A stretch of DNA of 64,000 bases, from assembly GCA_965112155.1 (NCBI GenBank), contig OZ218100.1; one strand, given 5' to 3'. Positions 23,983 through 36,679 of this stretch are shown here, piece by piece (position 1 is the stretch's first letter; every line of letters starts with the position of its first letter). Source of the stretch: Podarcis liolepis. Taxonomy: Eukaryota. The notes beneath the pieces were generated by a model. That model was not told the origin of the DNA. It saw nothing but the letters and a program-made list of their open reading frames with translations, and did no database searches. The position numbers and the translations under genes were made by a program.

Positions 23983-26900
23983 CTATCATTGGGTGATACT
24001 GCATTTTCGCAATTGCCTGAACCCACCATTAAAAGTTTGTGTGGTGCATGCAAAACAAGAAAGCCTTATAGTTGACCATTTGCTGTATCATATCTGGACC
24101 CAGCAGCATTTCTACAGGTTGAACAGCTTCAAACAAATTCACTTCTTTCAATGAAGTAATAACCTGGCCATTTCCATTTGTTTAAAATTTGCATCTTGCT
24201 TCATTTGAGATGCTTTACAAATTAGCTAAAACATACAAGTGATCTTAAAATCTCATTTTATTTTCTCCCCCTTAACAAACTTAACATCCCTAATATTCTT
24301 CTCAAACCTATAAATCATTAGGGCGGTAAATATAGAAGTGTCTTTAGGAAAAGCTCGGTTTCACTATGCTTCTTTCTGGGGAAAAGGTAGGTATTTGAAT
24401 TCTTCCGAATTCTATTTTAAACATCTAGATAGCCAAGTTATTTCTCATTGAACAGTGCATTTGGTATTTGCTAGACATTGCTGTGCGCATCATATGTGAC
24501 GTCCTAGGAGTCTTGGACCAGAACGCTTCCATTAGATTGTATGGCATAAGGAAAATGACTTTTAAAAATTATACAACAATGCACGTGGACATTTCTAGAT
24601 TACAGGAACAAAGACTAGAAGAGAAATGTTCCATCCCTAGTTGCCAAATGAAAAGAATTGCGTTTTCCCTGAATAATCATATTTGGGTTTAAAGATACGA
24701 TGTGCTTGTTAAGTGAAACCTTTGAAACTCTAATAGTAGATGAGGTTAGTGAGGAGAACTGGGAGTTATAAAATTAAGAGTTTCAGACCAATGGCCTGCT
24801 ATTAGGCATGCCAGGGGGTTAATTATTTAATTATTACGCTGAACTGCAGCCCTCCTATGTCACACTGGAAAAGCTACTGTAGCTCCTCTGAGTAGTTCAC
24901 TGTGTAGCTTAGACCCTGAGAGAGATAAGAACTGAGCCTTGTTGGGAAAAGGATCAAAAGCCCCATCATGCACATGGAAATAGTGGCAAAGTTGTCTATT
25001 TTGTACCAAAATCTGTATCAGCGAAGGCACAAAGTCAACTTGTACAGAAATATTTTTTTAAGTCAGCATATTTATAGGTATTATTCTTTACCAACCGCTA
25101 ATTAGTTGGTAAAGAAGTAATATTGTTTCACGTAGTAAGGATACTTTTTACCGCTCTTCTGCTTCACCAGAGTTCTGACTCAGCTTGCATATGTGATAAA
25201 AAAGTTATCCTCACCACTTAGCAGGTTGCTACAGGTAAGTGGTTTACCAAGTTTCTGTATACATACTTTGAGAAGTTACCACTTGGTAAACAACTGTCTG
25301 CATTCATCCAAAATCAAATAAAACCTGTTAGGAAACTTGTGTGCAAAAACTGGTTGAAAGTTTTAGTTTTTAAAAATAAACCTGTATTTAATTTTTGTGG
25401 TGGGTTTGTTTTTTAAAAAACAACCTTTTCAGTAGCCTTCTCTGGCCACAATTCAATTTATGCACTTGCTTAAATTTATCTTGTTCATCAAGGAACAGCC
25501 CAATGAAGTCAATGGTACTTAAGTCTGTGTTTCAGTAATTTGCAGAATGAAGCCCTTTATCTTTTATTTATGACTTAGATGCGCACCAGCTCTTATTATC
25601 TTCCTTTGTATCTGGGTAAGACCCACACCCGACGACGCCACCTGTTCCTGGATTAACAATTAGAGTGTGGTGTTCAATAGATTGGCAGCATATGCTTTTT
25701 AAAGACTAAAACTTTGAGTCTATCCCTTCCAGAGCAAGCTCAGCTCCTGATGACCCAAGAAACTAATTCCACTCCCAAACATGGATAGCCAGTCAGCAGC
25801 TTTTCAGATTAATGCAATGCCCCAGCACCTTCAGGTTACTCGCCAGATTTACAGTACTACAATCTGTCCGACTGAAAGAGCGCTGCCAAATGAAACCAAA
25901 GCAGGTCTCATCTGTTGTGCAGCCAAGTGAAAGGTTGTGGGCTGTATTCATTATTAATTAATCTTTTTAAAAAGGCACTTGATTTATTAAAAAGCACATC
26001 TAGGGTTAATATTTTATTTCAGACACATCAATATTTTATTGTGGCGAATAGCCCAATCTACTACTGCTGGTTTAGACAGCCAAAAATATTATCTTGCCAT
26101 TTCAAAAAAAGGAGAGGGGAGAAGAAAGTATACAAACACATGATTTCTAGCGCTTACATCAATTTAAAGATATGGTTAGAACTAAAATATATTTTCCCCC
26201 TTTTCCTCTCCCAGCTAAGTACATATCAAAGAGGATATTTCACTGCAAATTTTGTCTTACATATATTCATTCAAAAGGAAGTCACACTGTGTTCAATTGA
26301 GCTCACAATGCAACCTCAGTTTCTAAAGTGTAAAGCAATATGGCTCAGCTTCAGTATATCCATTGAATTGCCCACCTTTCACCCATCTCATGTCCAACCT
26401 TTTGTTTTTACATACTTTGAGAGTTAAAGAAGATTAAACTGCATACTTTTCTAAATATACTGCGCTCTTATGATTAAGCATACTGATTATTTCTCTGTAT
26501 TTTAACATCTATGCAATTGAAAGGCAGCAACTTGGACTGGGAGGAACCCCAGTTTATTCATTTGTGTAATGAATTAAATGCGCAAAACCATTTCTCTTTT
26601 AAGTTGTGGCATTCAATAATATCTTTTCATTTTGCATTTCTAATTACTTTCACGAGCTTCTTATTTATCCCAGACAACTGTTTTATACTGAAAATCTTGC
26701 TAAAATAAGATGGATGCCAGTGCTAAGTGGTTATTAGCAATCACATAAGGGAAAGGCGTGCCCAAGTTAAGTGATTATTAATGAAATAAAGTCAGCTGCC
26801 TTAACAATGTAATCAAAAATATCTAATTGAAAGCCTAAAGCACAATGGAAGTCTATGCGGCATAACTGAAGTTAACTTCTTGTGCCTCAGACCAGCTGGA

Positions 26901-27711
26901 ATGTGGCAATGTGGTTGTAATTTAGTAATTGTGCCATGGCCCTTGGGGTCATTTTTGCACCAGTGAAGAACAACCATGCTGCAGGAGAAAGACAAATCTT
27001 CTTTGTTAATGGAACAGGAGTACAGTTCTGCATTTCACTTTCCTCCTCCAGTGGATAACTGAAGTACAGTCATTGTACAAAAGAGGCGGATATTCACATA
27101 CTGTAAGTGGATCTTATCTAAGGCTTCTTGAAACCTTTTAAGCTTAATATAGCAGCAAACCATTTCTAATATGAACATTTCATCTTTGAAGCTAACACAG
27201 AGCATTTCGTTGTGACCAAGAAAGAGGTTAACATAGGTTTCATCTCAAAGGTCCTGAAGAATATTCCATACAACAATATTTTTTTGCCACAGATGAGCAT
27301 GTAAATCTGCTGGCTTGGGCAAGTTTCTTAATATTATTCACAGACTGAAAAGCAGAGAGATCCTAAAATCTTAAGAGAAAGTTATTGTAGAAAACATTTT
27401 GGGTTTTGTGCTCTTTTTAAATCTCAGTATATATTTGACCCATGCCACAAGAAACCTTTTGTTGGGGACCCACTAAACTTAAGATCTAAGGCTGAATGTG
27501 TGCTCTTACCGATATTCTTCATAATTCCTGCAAAGAACCCTTGAAAAGTGTAGTAGTAATTTAACCAGTACTTTCAATCTAATCAGCCTCTCATTTTAAG
27601 TTTCATCAGTACAACGGTTTGCAAAACGTATTTTCAGACAAAATAAAAACCAATAACCAATTGAGATCCCTTGCTCTTTCTCACCACACAGAAACAAAAT
27701 TAAAAGCCTAC

Positions 27712-27904
27712 CAGTTACGTTAATAGGTATAACATCAGTTTGGACTGCTTGAGCCTGTTGTCGCATTTTCTCCTCCGGGGTTGGCAATGGAAGTGATTTG
27801 GTCCAATTTGTTTGAGTGTTGATATCAGAGAATTCATTTGAAACTGGTGTTTTGGGTCTCTTGATGCTAATGAGCTTCTCCTCCTCAGGAGAAGGGGTCG
27901 AACA
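27712..27904 (-). CDS. NHSL1: NHSL1 coding exon (193 nt, phase 0 to 1): CSTPSPEEEKLISIKRPKTP...NWTKSLPLPTPEEKMRQQAQAVQTDVIPINVT
   Basis: aatAG acceptor; CTG|GTAGGC donor; NHS motif SLPLPTPEEKMRQQA. Confidence 0.96.
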
Positions 27905-28207
27905 CTATTAAAAAAAAGTACGCTGTAAATTCAGTGCAAATATATTTATCTTACTTATTTATCTTTCAAATATAAATTAAAGCACTCAAAATAGTTGATG
28001 CTTTTGCCTTGGCTATATCTAGCAAAATATGAATTAGACAGACCTTGTTCCAATTTGTACATAAGGAAAGGTTTGTACATCCTCTTTAGCAGTAATTACA
28101 AATACTGAACCGATTTCATCCAACATCCAATAAGGTTTTTTTTAAAAAATCAATAAACGTATAACCCAATTAAGCACATGTTAAGGAATTGAATTCAATG
28201 TGACAGG

Positions 28208-28280
28208 CAATCCTATGCACACTTACCTGGGAGTAAGTACTACTGAATACAGAATACTTATGAGTAAACATGCATAAAAT
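28208..28280. repeat. Short palindromic interspersed element
   Basis: Arms CAATCCTATGCACACTTAC ... GTAAACATGCATAAAAT. Related or similar short palindromes at about 35135-35205, 39520-39626 and 51990-52055. Confidence 0.5.
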
Positions 28281-29266
28281 CTAATTATTAAACTTGTACA
28301 TAACTCTTTTTCTCATTGGAAAAAAGGGACATTATGCAGAACCATATACTAAATTTACGTATAAAACATAGGAATTAATACTGGTCTGTTAATGATATAC
28401 CAAGAACTCTACTATTTTCAGTAGGAGTTTTAACAGTGCTATAAAATACAGTGCTTCTAGTTGCCCAAACTCTTTAAAAATATGCTCTAGGGCTACTTTG
28501 ATGGGATTTTTAAAAATCCCAAATATGAAAGAATGGATTTACAAATCTTGTAAAACATTTACAACTGAAATGTCAGAAGAGATTCTTCAATGCAATGACC
28601 AAATCTTAGGGGAAATGGCCCCTCTTTTGGTATCCCTGACCTTAGTATTAGGATAAGAAACCTTCTGTGCCATCTTCTTCCTTTGTACAAAGGGGAAATT
28701 TGCAAGTGTGACTCCACCAAATCAGTTTTTAAAAGGTCTGAGTCACAAAGATAGAAATGCAAACCAAAATGATATGCAAGGGTTCATTAGTGTGTGACTT
28801 TTGTTTATCTTACTATTACACATGAAAAAAAGCTTGCTCTCTAGGCTCAGGTGCCAAGGGAGTAATACTTCCAAGCATGGTGCTGTGTGATAAGCCCCAG
28901 TAACCTACTTTTTATCTGGTTGGTTGACATTGTCAAAATGAATAACTGTCATGTTATGTTGACCCAGTGCATTGTATTTGGAAACCCAGCTGCCATTAGC
29001 CAGTCACCAGGGGCTCTTCAAACATGACAAGAGACAGAGACATAAATGTATACTATATAACTTTCCTTCTTTTTCAAGGAAACTGCAAATAAAGCATATT
29101 TTAAAAGCAATTGTGAGGCATGAAGCAAAACAAATCACACACATAGGCAGACAGGTAAATTTATGTCTGAATCCTTGTTATACAAAACAAACAAAATTCA
29201 CAATTTTGACACATGGGAAAATAAATCAGCTGATCCGATGGCCAATAAATAATAGACCATTTATAT

Positions 29267-29401
29267 CAGGCATAGGCAAACTCGGCCCTCCAGACTTTTG
29301 GGACTTCAACTCCCATCATCCGTAGCTAACAGGACCAGTGGTCTGGGGTGATGGAAGTTGTAGTCCCAAAACATCTGGAGGGCCGAGTTCGCCTATGCCT
29401 G
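29267..29401. mobile_element. Palindromic hAT MITE
   Basis: TIR CAGGCATAGGCAAACTCGGCCCTCCAGA ... TCTGGAGGGCCGAGTTCGCCTATGCCTG; 8-bp TSD ATTTATAT/ATTTAAAT (7 of 8 match). Confidence 0.9.
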
Positions 29402-29517
29402 ATTTAAATAGTCAGATCAGCTACTCTGACAAAACACTGTCCAAATGTTGTTCAAGTTTTAGTGCATACAAACATTTTGATACAATCCAAGCAGCAATTG
29501 TTTCCTTCTCTTGTGTA

Positions 29518-29644
29518 CAGCTGGGTGCTCTCCAGATGTTTTGGTCTAGAACTCCCACCAGCCCCAGCCAAATGGCTGTGCTGACTGGGGCTAATGTGAG
29601 TTGTAGGCCAAAACATCTGGAGGGCACCAGGTTGGCAAAGCCTG
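29518..29644. mobile_element. Older palindromic hAT-type MITE related to 29267-29401
   Basis: CTCCAGATGTTTTGG ... CCAAAACATCTGGAG inverted arms; similar degenerate copy at about 62906-63024. Confidence 0.7.
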
Positions 29645-29907
29645 CTTTAATGCATTAAAAAATCCTCCAGGTCCTGGGATCGCTTGGTTACTCACACCTG
29701 GCCCTATTCTCAGCCCTGATGGAAAACAACCTTTCAAAAGTATCTCAGCCAAGGGTGAAATTAATTACAGAATCATAAAATTGTAGGTGTTTGTGGTTGG
29801 GGCAGCTGAGGTAGGGCTTTGACACGATCTACCAGTCAACATCCTGAAAACATCAGCTCTGGAATTTCTAAGACCTATGCATGTCTGAAAGGTGTGCATG
29901 TGCAATA

Positions 29908-30148
29908 TAGTTGTACCTTGGTTCTCGAACATAAACCGTTCCGGAAGGCCGTTCAACTTCCGAAAGTGTTTGAAAACCAAGGTGCAGCTTCCGATTGGCT
30001 GCAGGAGCTTTCAGCACTCAAGCGGAAGCCGCGTCGGACGTTCGACTTCCAAAAAATGTTCGGAAACCGGAACACTTACTTCCGGGTTTTTGCATTCGGG
30101 AGCCAAAACGTACTAGTACCAAGGCGCTCGAGAACCAAGGTACGACTG
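29908..30148. mobile_element. Tc1/mariner (Tigger-like) MITE
   Basis: TIR TAGTTGTACCTTGGTTCTCGA ... TCGAGAACCAAGGTACGACTG; TA on both flanks; CpG-rich interior. Confidence 0.88.
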
Positions 30149-31995
30149 TACTAACTTCCTGCAATGGATGCATCCCACCATGCGGCCCCCCACCCTGCCA
30201 CAGTCCCTAGTTTTGCCCCAGAGAGTTCCTGTGTTCTGGCTGCATTCCCCAACAAACAGCTGGGAATGAAGACTCCACGCTTTGAATATTGTTATAGGTC
30301 TTTGGGTATCAGAGTTTTTGGGTGCTTGGATTTATATCAAAATAGCCAGGTGAGACTGTGAATGGCCTAGCCATTAAGCAAGCAAAAACAGAACGATGGC
30401 TCATCAAGAAAGTCATGGAGAGGGGTGAACCCCCCACTCTGGGCTCTGGGTAGTTAACAAAAGACAATGCCAGAGTGGTGAGGAGGAAGTTTCAGAACTG
30501 CAGTGAGAGGTTATGTAAGCTGAAGGGGAAATAGTTGCATTTAGAAAGCAGTTTCAAAGCTGGAAAGTGTGGGTTAGAGCAGAATGGGGTGGGCAGTTTG
30601 AATCCAACGTTACACCCATGGGAGGAAAAGGACCCGCTTTGGAATGTAATCCTGGGAGTTCCTCCATTGTAGGTTCATGTTGTAAATGAACCATATATCA
30701 TAAAGACACCACAGTCTCCGCTGTAACCCCTGGAATCTTGCACTGCTGTGAAGACTGGGGTGGTGTGTAACAATATGTTCTTAAATGACTATTTCAAAGG
30801 CAGGCACAAGTCCCAAAGGAAATAACAACTCTTCAGAATAAGCAGCAACCTGAATTCATTGCTCCAACAAAGCCTATAATAAAGAAACCAAATAGTATGC
30901 AGATTTGTGGTGGTTTAAAACTCAGTCCAAAGATTAGTGTTAGAAGAAAAGGAATGAGAATGAATAGGAAGCGAAATTAATATTATTCTTATGTATTACA
31001 AAGAGTAGCACAGTTTGGTTTTCATGCTTAATTGTATTACTAAATATTATTTTTCCCAATGTTATACTGAGATGGTTGGATTGCTCAATAAATATAATAG
31101 CAGTTATTAAATGTTTCAGATTTCATTTCAGTAAACTGATCTTTTAAGATTGTCATCTGAGATTTCTGGATTTCTACATGATCTCTGAATAGAACACGGT
31201 GGAACAAAAACATTATTTGTTTACAGTAGAGGAAAGCATATAGTAAGGATTGAAAAAGGAATGTTCAGAAATGAGATTAGTGGCATTTTGGTTGCTGAAG
31301 CCAGTAAACAGGGATTATCATCCTCTTCCCACTCATCAAATGATAAATCTCATTATCAGAGTGGGGATAACTTGCATCCACATCTAGACCCTGGATGCCA
31401 TTCATCCAAATGCTGTGTTTACTTTTTAAAAAAGTTTACATTTGCAACCATTGCAAAAGTTGATGGAGTCTTGAGGGGCAGACAAAAATGGGGGAGGGGG
31501 CTGGATTAGGCCCTTGAACTGGAAGGTAGCCACCCCTGTCGTATAACATGTGAGTTAAGAGGAACCTAATAGACACTCACATTCACTCTCGGATTCAATG
31601 CTAATATGTTTTGTTTTCCATTTCATATATAAATCAATATATAGTTTGTTTGATTTGGAATAAATTATTGTAAAACAGCACAACAATCCAAATTACAAGA
31701 ACATTTATAACAGTTTATAAAGTTAGTAACTATTCCCAGATATAGAAAACATTAACAAAGTATGAGCAGTAAAAAAGGAGTTAGTCCATTAAATATACAA
31801 ACTGAGGGTTCTAGATTGACAACTACTGAGATAAGGATAGAAGCACACAATGTTAGTACAAGATTTACCTTGAAAAAGTGAAACCAACAATAGGTGAAAA
31901 TTTAAAAGTGAGATTTGAGAATATTCTAGCATCACAATAACATCAAGCTGTATATATACATAACAGCTGGATGATCCCATTTTGGAGCCAGATAC

Positions 31996-32067
31996 CTTGA
32001 TCTTCCATGGAATCAAACAACAGCAGGCACTAAGGCAAGACTGAGGGAGGCAGTCTAACAGACTAGA
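31996..32067 (-). CDS. NHSL1: Candidate NHSL1 alternative cassette exon (72 nt, phase 0-0): SSLLDCLPQSCLSACCCLIPWKIK
   Basis: About 90-nt U/CU-rich tract plus caaCAG acceptor; AAG|GTATCT donor; length divisible by 3; no stop; phase matches the flanking exons (...EQK | CST...). Confidence 0.7.
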
Positions 32068-32307
32068 CTGTTGAGTGAGAGAAAAAAGAAAGCGAATGAG
32101 TGGCAAAGAAAAGAGAAAAAACACACACATAAAAAGACACAACAGACACAGTAAACGTAGCAACATGATAAACATAATTTCAGAAAGCAGAGAGGAGTTG
32201 CTATCTGAAGACATCAATTTTCCATGCAAGGAAAACATGCTTAAGTGATGAAGAGAAAGAGAGAAAATATCATACTAGTTTGTCGTGTTTTAATCAAAGG
32301 GTTTTAA

Positions 32308-32308
32308 T

Positions 32309-32341
<33 letters not shown>

Positions 32342-32349
32342 AATAATAA
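32308..32349. repeat. (AAC)n(AAT)n microsatellite
   Basis: Direct reading. Confidence 0.95.
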
Positions 32350-33768
32350 ACCAGCCAATTCAGTGGACTCACAAAAGGGAAATATGCTTCAGTACAGGGT
32401 GTCAGAAATGCTGCCATGAATTAGGGCCATTTATCACATTAAAAAGATGGCTCCACCCCAAACTGTCCCCACAGAAGTATCTGAGGGCAGTATGAACCAA
32501 ATTACAGGAATATGCATGAAGTCGATCATATTAACCATCTGATCTGATTTCCAGAAAAATTCTAGGGTCCTAAGTAGATGTATTTCATACCATCTGCATC
32601 CTGATCTGGACTTGCAAAGGGACTGCACATTAGACTTTTACATCAAATGCTCATTTTCCCCTTCCTTTGAAGTTCTGGGGCAACAAGAACCCTGAAAGAC
32701 CCCCTTCTGGGACCATCTCAAGAAGGAGCCACAGAGAAGGAAGGAACCTCCCCTCTCCAACCCTTGAGGCTAACACTTCTCTTTTGAACAAATATTCTCA
32801 GATACCAAGTTACTTCTCTGCAAAACCTCCCTCAGCTTCAGGCTTCCCACCTTCTCCACAATATTAGTTCTAGAGGGACCATAACAACAGCCTCACCCAA
32901 CAGTACATCTCACTGTGTCTTTCACTGAGGACTGATATCCACCAGTACATACCATATCAAAATAAAGAAAAGTGGAATATCACTCTAAGATAATTTTTAT
33001 GGGAAGGTAGTTTTCAAGGAAAATGCCATTTTGCTTATAATATTAGGTAGTATTTCACTATAAATTAGCCCTCAGCAGTTCTATAATCTCCTCATAATGC
33101 CACTTATTGAGTCAATTTTAATATTTCACTGATTGTGCAAATAACACCTATATAATAATTTCTCCTACACAGGAACAAAATTGCAGGACTATTAAGAAAT
33201 ACTGACTTGCTGAGGACATTGCACTATATTTTCTGTTATAAATACTAAAAAATTCATAGTCCAAAAACTAGCTAAGATAATTTTTTTGGATTTAAACCAA
33301 CACAGTTCTAAATACATTTACTTGAAAGTAAATAATACCATCTCAAGATCTTCATGCATGAATCCCACCCTCTCCAGGTGGGATATTGAAGTGCACACAC
33401 TCATGGTTGAAGACCAACAGGGAAGGAGTGGAGTGAGGAGGCTATTGGAAAATGCATCACATCTGTGTTTATTTTTTAAGTATCATTATTCAGCCTTTAA
33501 CTTCAAGATTAAATGAGCTAGAAGGGCGCAAACAACAACAACTTCCCATCCGAACAGTGCTGTCTTTACTGTTCAAGGATTTCAGTATCTTTGCAATAAC
33601 CCTTTAAGGTAGGTAGGTAGGTAAGTATGTGTGTTATCATACACACATGTATGAGAACAGGGCCAGTGGTTGAGCACATACATATGCTATGAGTTCATGG
33701 CTGATCCTGAGAAAGGAAAGAAGATGGTGGATAAAGAGCTGATAGCTATGAAACACAGTGCACATAAC

Positions 33769-33916
33769 CAGTGGCGTAGCGTGTGTTGTCAGCACCCGGG
33801 GCAAGGCAAGTAATTTGCACCCCCTAACCCGGTAGGGGCAGAGAGCTGCGAGTGCCCCCCCAGATGTTGCTCCCGGTTCAGCCAGCCCCCCCTGCACCCC
33901 CCATGCTACGCCACTG
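33769..33916. mobile_element. hAT-superfamily MITE (GC-rich)
   Basis: TIR CAGTGGCGTAGC ... GCTACGCCACTG; perfect 8-bp TSD CACATAAC at 33761-33768 and 33917-33924. Confidence 0.92.
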
Positions 33917-34636
33917 CACATAACAGATTCCTGCACAAGGGGCAAGTATTACTCAAGTGGATACTATACAGAAATCACAATGAAGAAACAAATGCACAAT
34001 TAGAACAGAGGGAAGGATTCAGCTACTGAGTTCTGTCAGGGGACGCTCACACAAGGACTTCCACCTGCACACTCTGGTTTTCCTCCCTCTCAGGTCCCTG
34101 AAATTGGTGCAGGGGCAGGAGAACCCCCAGGATAACGCATGGGGCAAGGAGAGAGAGTGGGGAACAGTCCATCAGGCAAGCTGCAATGCTTGCACCGACA
34201 AAACATCTGACATAGTGCAACGTTTATTTCCTTCCAGAGAACCGAACTGCACTAAGTCCACTTTATACACATCAAGCTTGCTTGAAATAAAATGTAAGGT
34301 GAACTCTGAACACTTTAAAAAACAAAAAAACAAAGCTAGTGTTCACAAAGGGATAATGGCTTTATTTTCTATTTGCTCATGAAAGCAGCAAGCACTGATA
34401 TAACCGGTTTCAAAATCTGTACTTCTGCCTGCCAGAGATGTTTGCATTGCAATTTTCTTCTTTGAGTTGAACCACACTATAGGTGGTGTTTTTAAAAACA
34501 GCATAGCTTTAAAGGCCCATATTTTTCTAAATATTTTGCACAGTTCTATTTTGCACTTCTATAGTTTTATGTTGATTTAATTTTGGCTTATATGTGCATT
34601 ATACTACATTACTTCCTAGGGCGCTTGGTACCTCAC

Positions 34637-34764
34637 CTTTTGTTCAATTTCTTCATAGTCATCGTGGTGACTTCCGCAGATTGCACTGGAAGAAGATGAG
34701 AAAGTTGGGCCCTGAGAATAGTATTGAGAACTTCGATAGCCATCCCTTCGCAGCTTGTCACATT
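34637..34764 (-). CDS. NHSL1: NHSL1 coding exon (128 nt, phase 1 to 0): (E)CDKLRRDGYRSSQYYSQGPTFSSSSSAICGSHHDDYEEIEQK
   Basis: taCAG acceptor; AAG|GTGAGG donor; matches the recalled NHSL1 sequence ECDKLRxDGYRSSQYYSQGPTF. Confidence 0.96.
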
Positions 34765-35831
34765 CTGTACATCATGGAGAGGAAAAAAATTAAAAATAAA
34801 CATTAGTGTTTTGGTTGCTAGATACCAAGGTAGGCAGCCTGCAGGCAACATGTGGTACCCAAACTCAATTCATGTGACCCCTAAAACCTCCTATGGCTAC
34901 ACTATTCCTGGCCTTTTAAAGTATTTTCTCCTCCTTTCAAAGGAGCAATATTATATTCAAATTTTAAAACTTTCTTTCTGATTGTATGGTTTGGGGAAAG
35001 AAGTTCCATTCCCAACTCCCACTGTCTCGAAACAAACTCACTGGATGCAAGCTCATGGCAGAAGCCTAAGTCAGAAAGGAATTAGTTTTGCTTGCTTTCC
35101 AGAACAGTAGTTGTATTCATCTGTTCCCTGCATCTGTATGCTTATTTGAGATTAACCCATTCAAACCCAGTGAGCTTCCTTCTGAGTAAATCTGCATAGG
35201 AGTTGGAATTCTAATTTGAGGTAGCCGTGATGAAAACTGAAGCAGGGTATTCTATATCCTGCTTTCCACTTTCAATCCATCCATCTTCAGAATGGGTCAT
35301 AGCTCAAGTTCCCAAATTCATAGGTCCTAAATTCAATTTGTGGTACGTATCTCCAGGTAGCGCTGGGAATATCCCCAATCTGAAACCTTGGTGAACCACT
35401 GCCATTCAGACAACACTGAGCTAGATGGTCTGACTCCATGAAAGGCGGTTCCTTATGTTCCTATCTTCAGCTTTGTCTCCATCTATCATGTAGGCATGTC
35501 GCCCCTGGCAGACTGCCCCTCCCTGGTGGAAAATGGGCCTCAACAAACCAACATATGCAGACTAAAGCACAGGGGTGAAATTGTGCCAGTGTCAAATTTG
35601 TTCATTTATATACAACTTCATCCACCCACCAATGTTTGGGACACATTCAGCTAAAGAAGTGACAAAGTTCCCAAGAGAACTGGCACAAAGTGGTGTGAGA
35701 CCAAAACACACAACCAGCTACCACAGCCTTATATTCTTTGCCGAAAAGAAAAAGAAAAAATGTGACCGTAATTCTGCTTCAAGAATAGAAAAGGACTTTT
35801 GGCCAAAGTAAATCCCATCAATCAACTAACT

Positions 35832-35983
35832 GCTGGGATAGCTCACGTTGGTAGAACAGGAAATTGTGTATCTCAAGGTTGTGGGTTTGAGCCTCATGTT
35901 GGGCAAAGGATTCCTACAGTGCAGGATGTTGAAACAGATGACTTCATGGTCCCTTCCAATTCTACCGATCTATGGTTCTATGA
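35832..35983 (+). mobile_element. tRNA-headed SINE with CR1-type 3' tail
   Basis: GATAGCTCACGTTGGTAGA (A-box-like), GGGTTTGAGCC (B-box-like); tail GGTCCCTTCCAATTCTAC...TTCTATGA matches the CR1 end near 43278. Confidence 0.8.
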
Positions 35984-36679
35984 ATATGTTTTGCTATTTT
36001 AATAAATTCTGTCTTTTTTCCAGTCCTGAGGATGAATGAATGTATTTTATCTCCCCGGCAACATTTTCAAATCTAACTCTGGCTTCAGAGTTTCCACCAG
36101 GCCCACACTTTCAAACCCACCTTTGCAGCTGAATGAACAACAAACGTGTTACATATAAAAATGCATGCTGACATTCTCTGAATATTAAATTCTGCTCCAA
36201 ATTCCATATTTGTTTAGGCTGACTAGAACCCCTTCCGGTTAAAGGACATTTCTGGGTTTTATCATTAAAAAACCAGAATATTTTAACGGACATATTTAAT
36301 ACCTAAATTATGCATATAATACACATTAAATGTCATCGTCTGCTGTTCTGCTTCAATCTTGATTCTTTGACAGAAGTAGACACACCAGAGTCTTGAGCCA
36401 TTTTGGAACCCAGGAGACTAAGTGTGACCTCTCCATTGTTACCCATACATCTCTCTACTCCAAAATGTAATTATCTATAGTTTCTAGACTATAAAGTAGT
36501 CCTAGATTCAAAACTATCAAATGTTAATATATTGCATGTCATCAGTAGACACATTTATATCACTTTGTGAAAAATAGACTTAAGGAAACACAGTACGAAC
36601 TCAAACTCTGTTTTTCTTTGAACAATTTAGAAAGTAAAACGATATTTACTTTACACAGGGTAACAGGGAATGCGCTATA

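Noticed and set aside
25915-26427. 170-aa + strand ORF and other 60-165-aa ORFs in introns
   Set aside because: Mostly non-ATG starts, low complexity or random composition, no recognisable domains or splice support.
28220-28232. ACTTACCTGG resembling the U1 snRNA 5' end or a minus-strand donor
   Set aside because: No U1 body follows; it is part of a short palindromic interspersed repeat.
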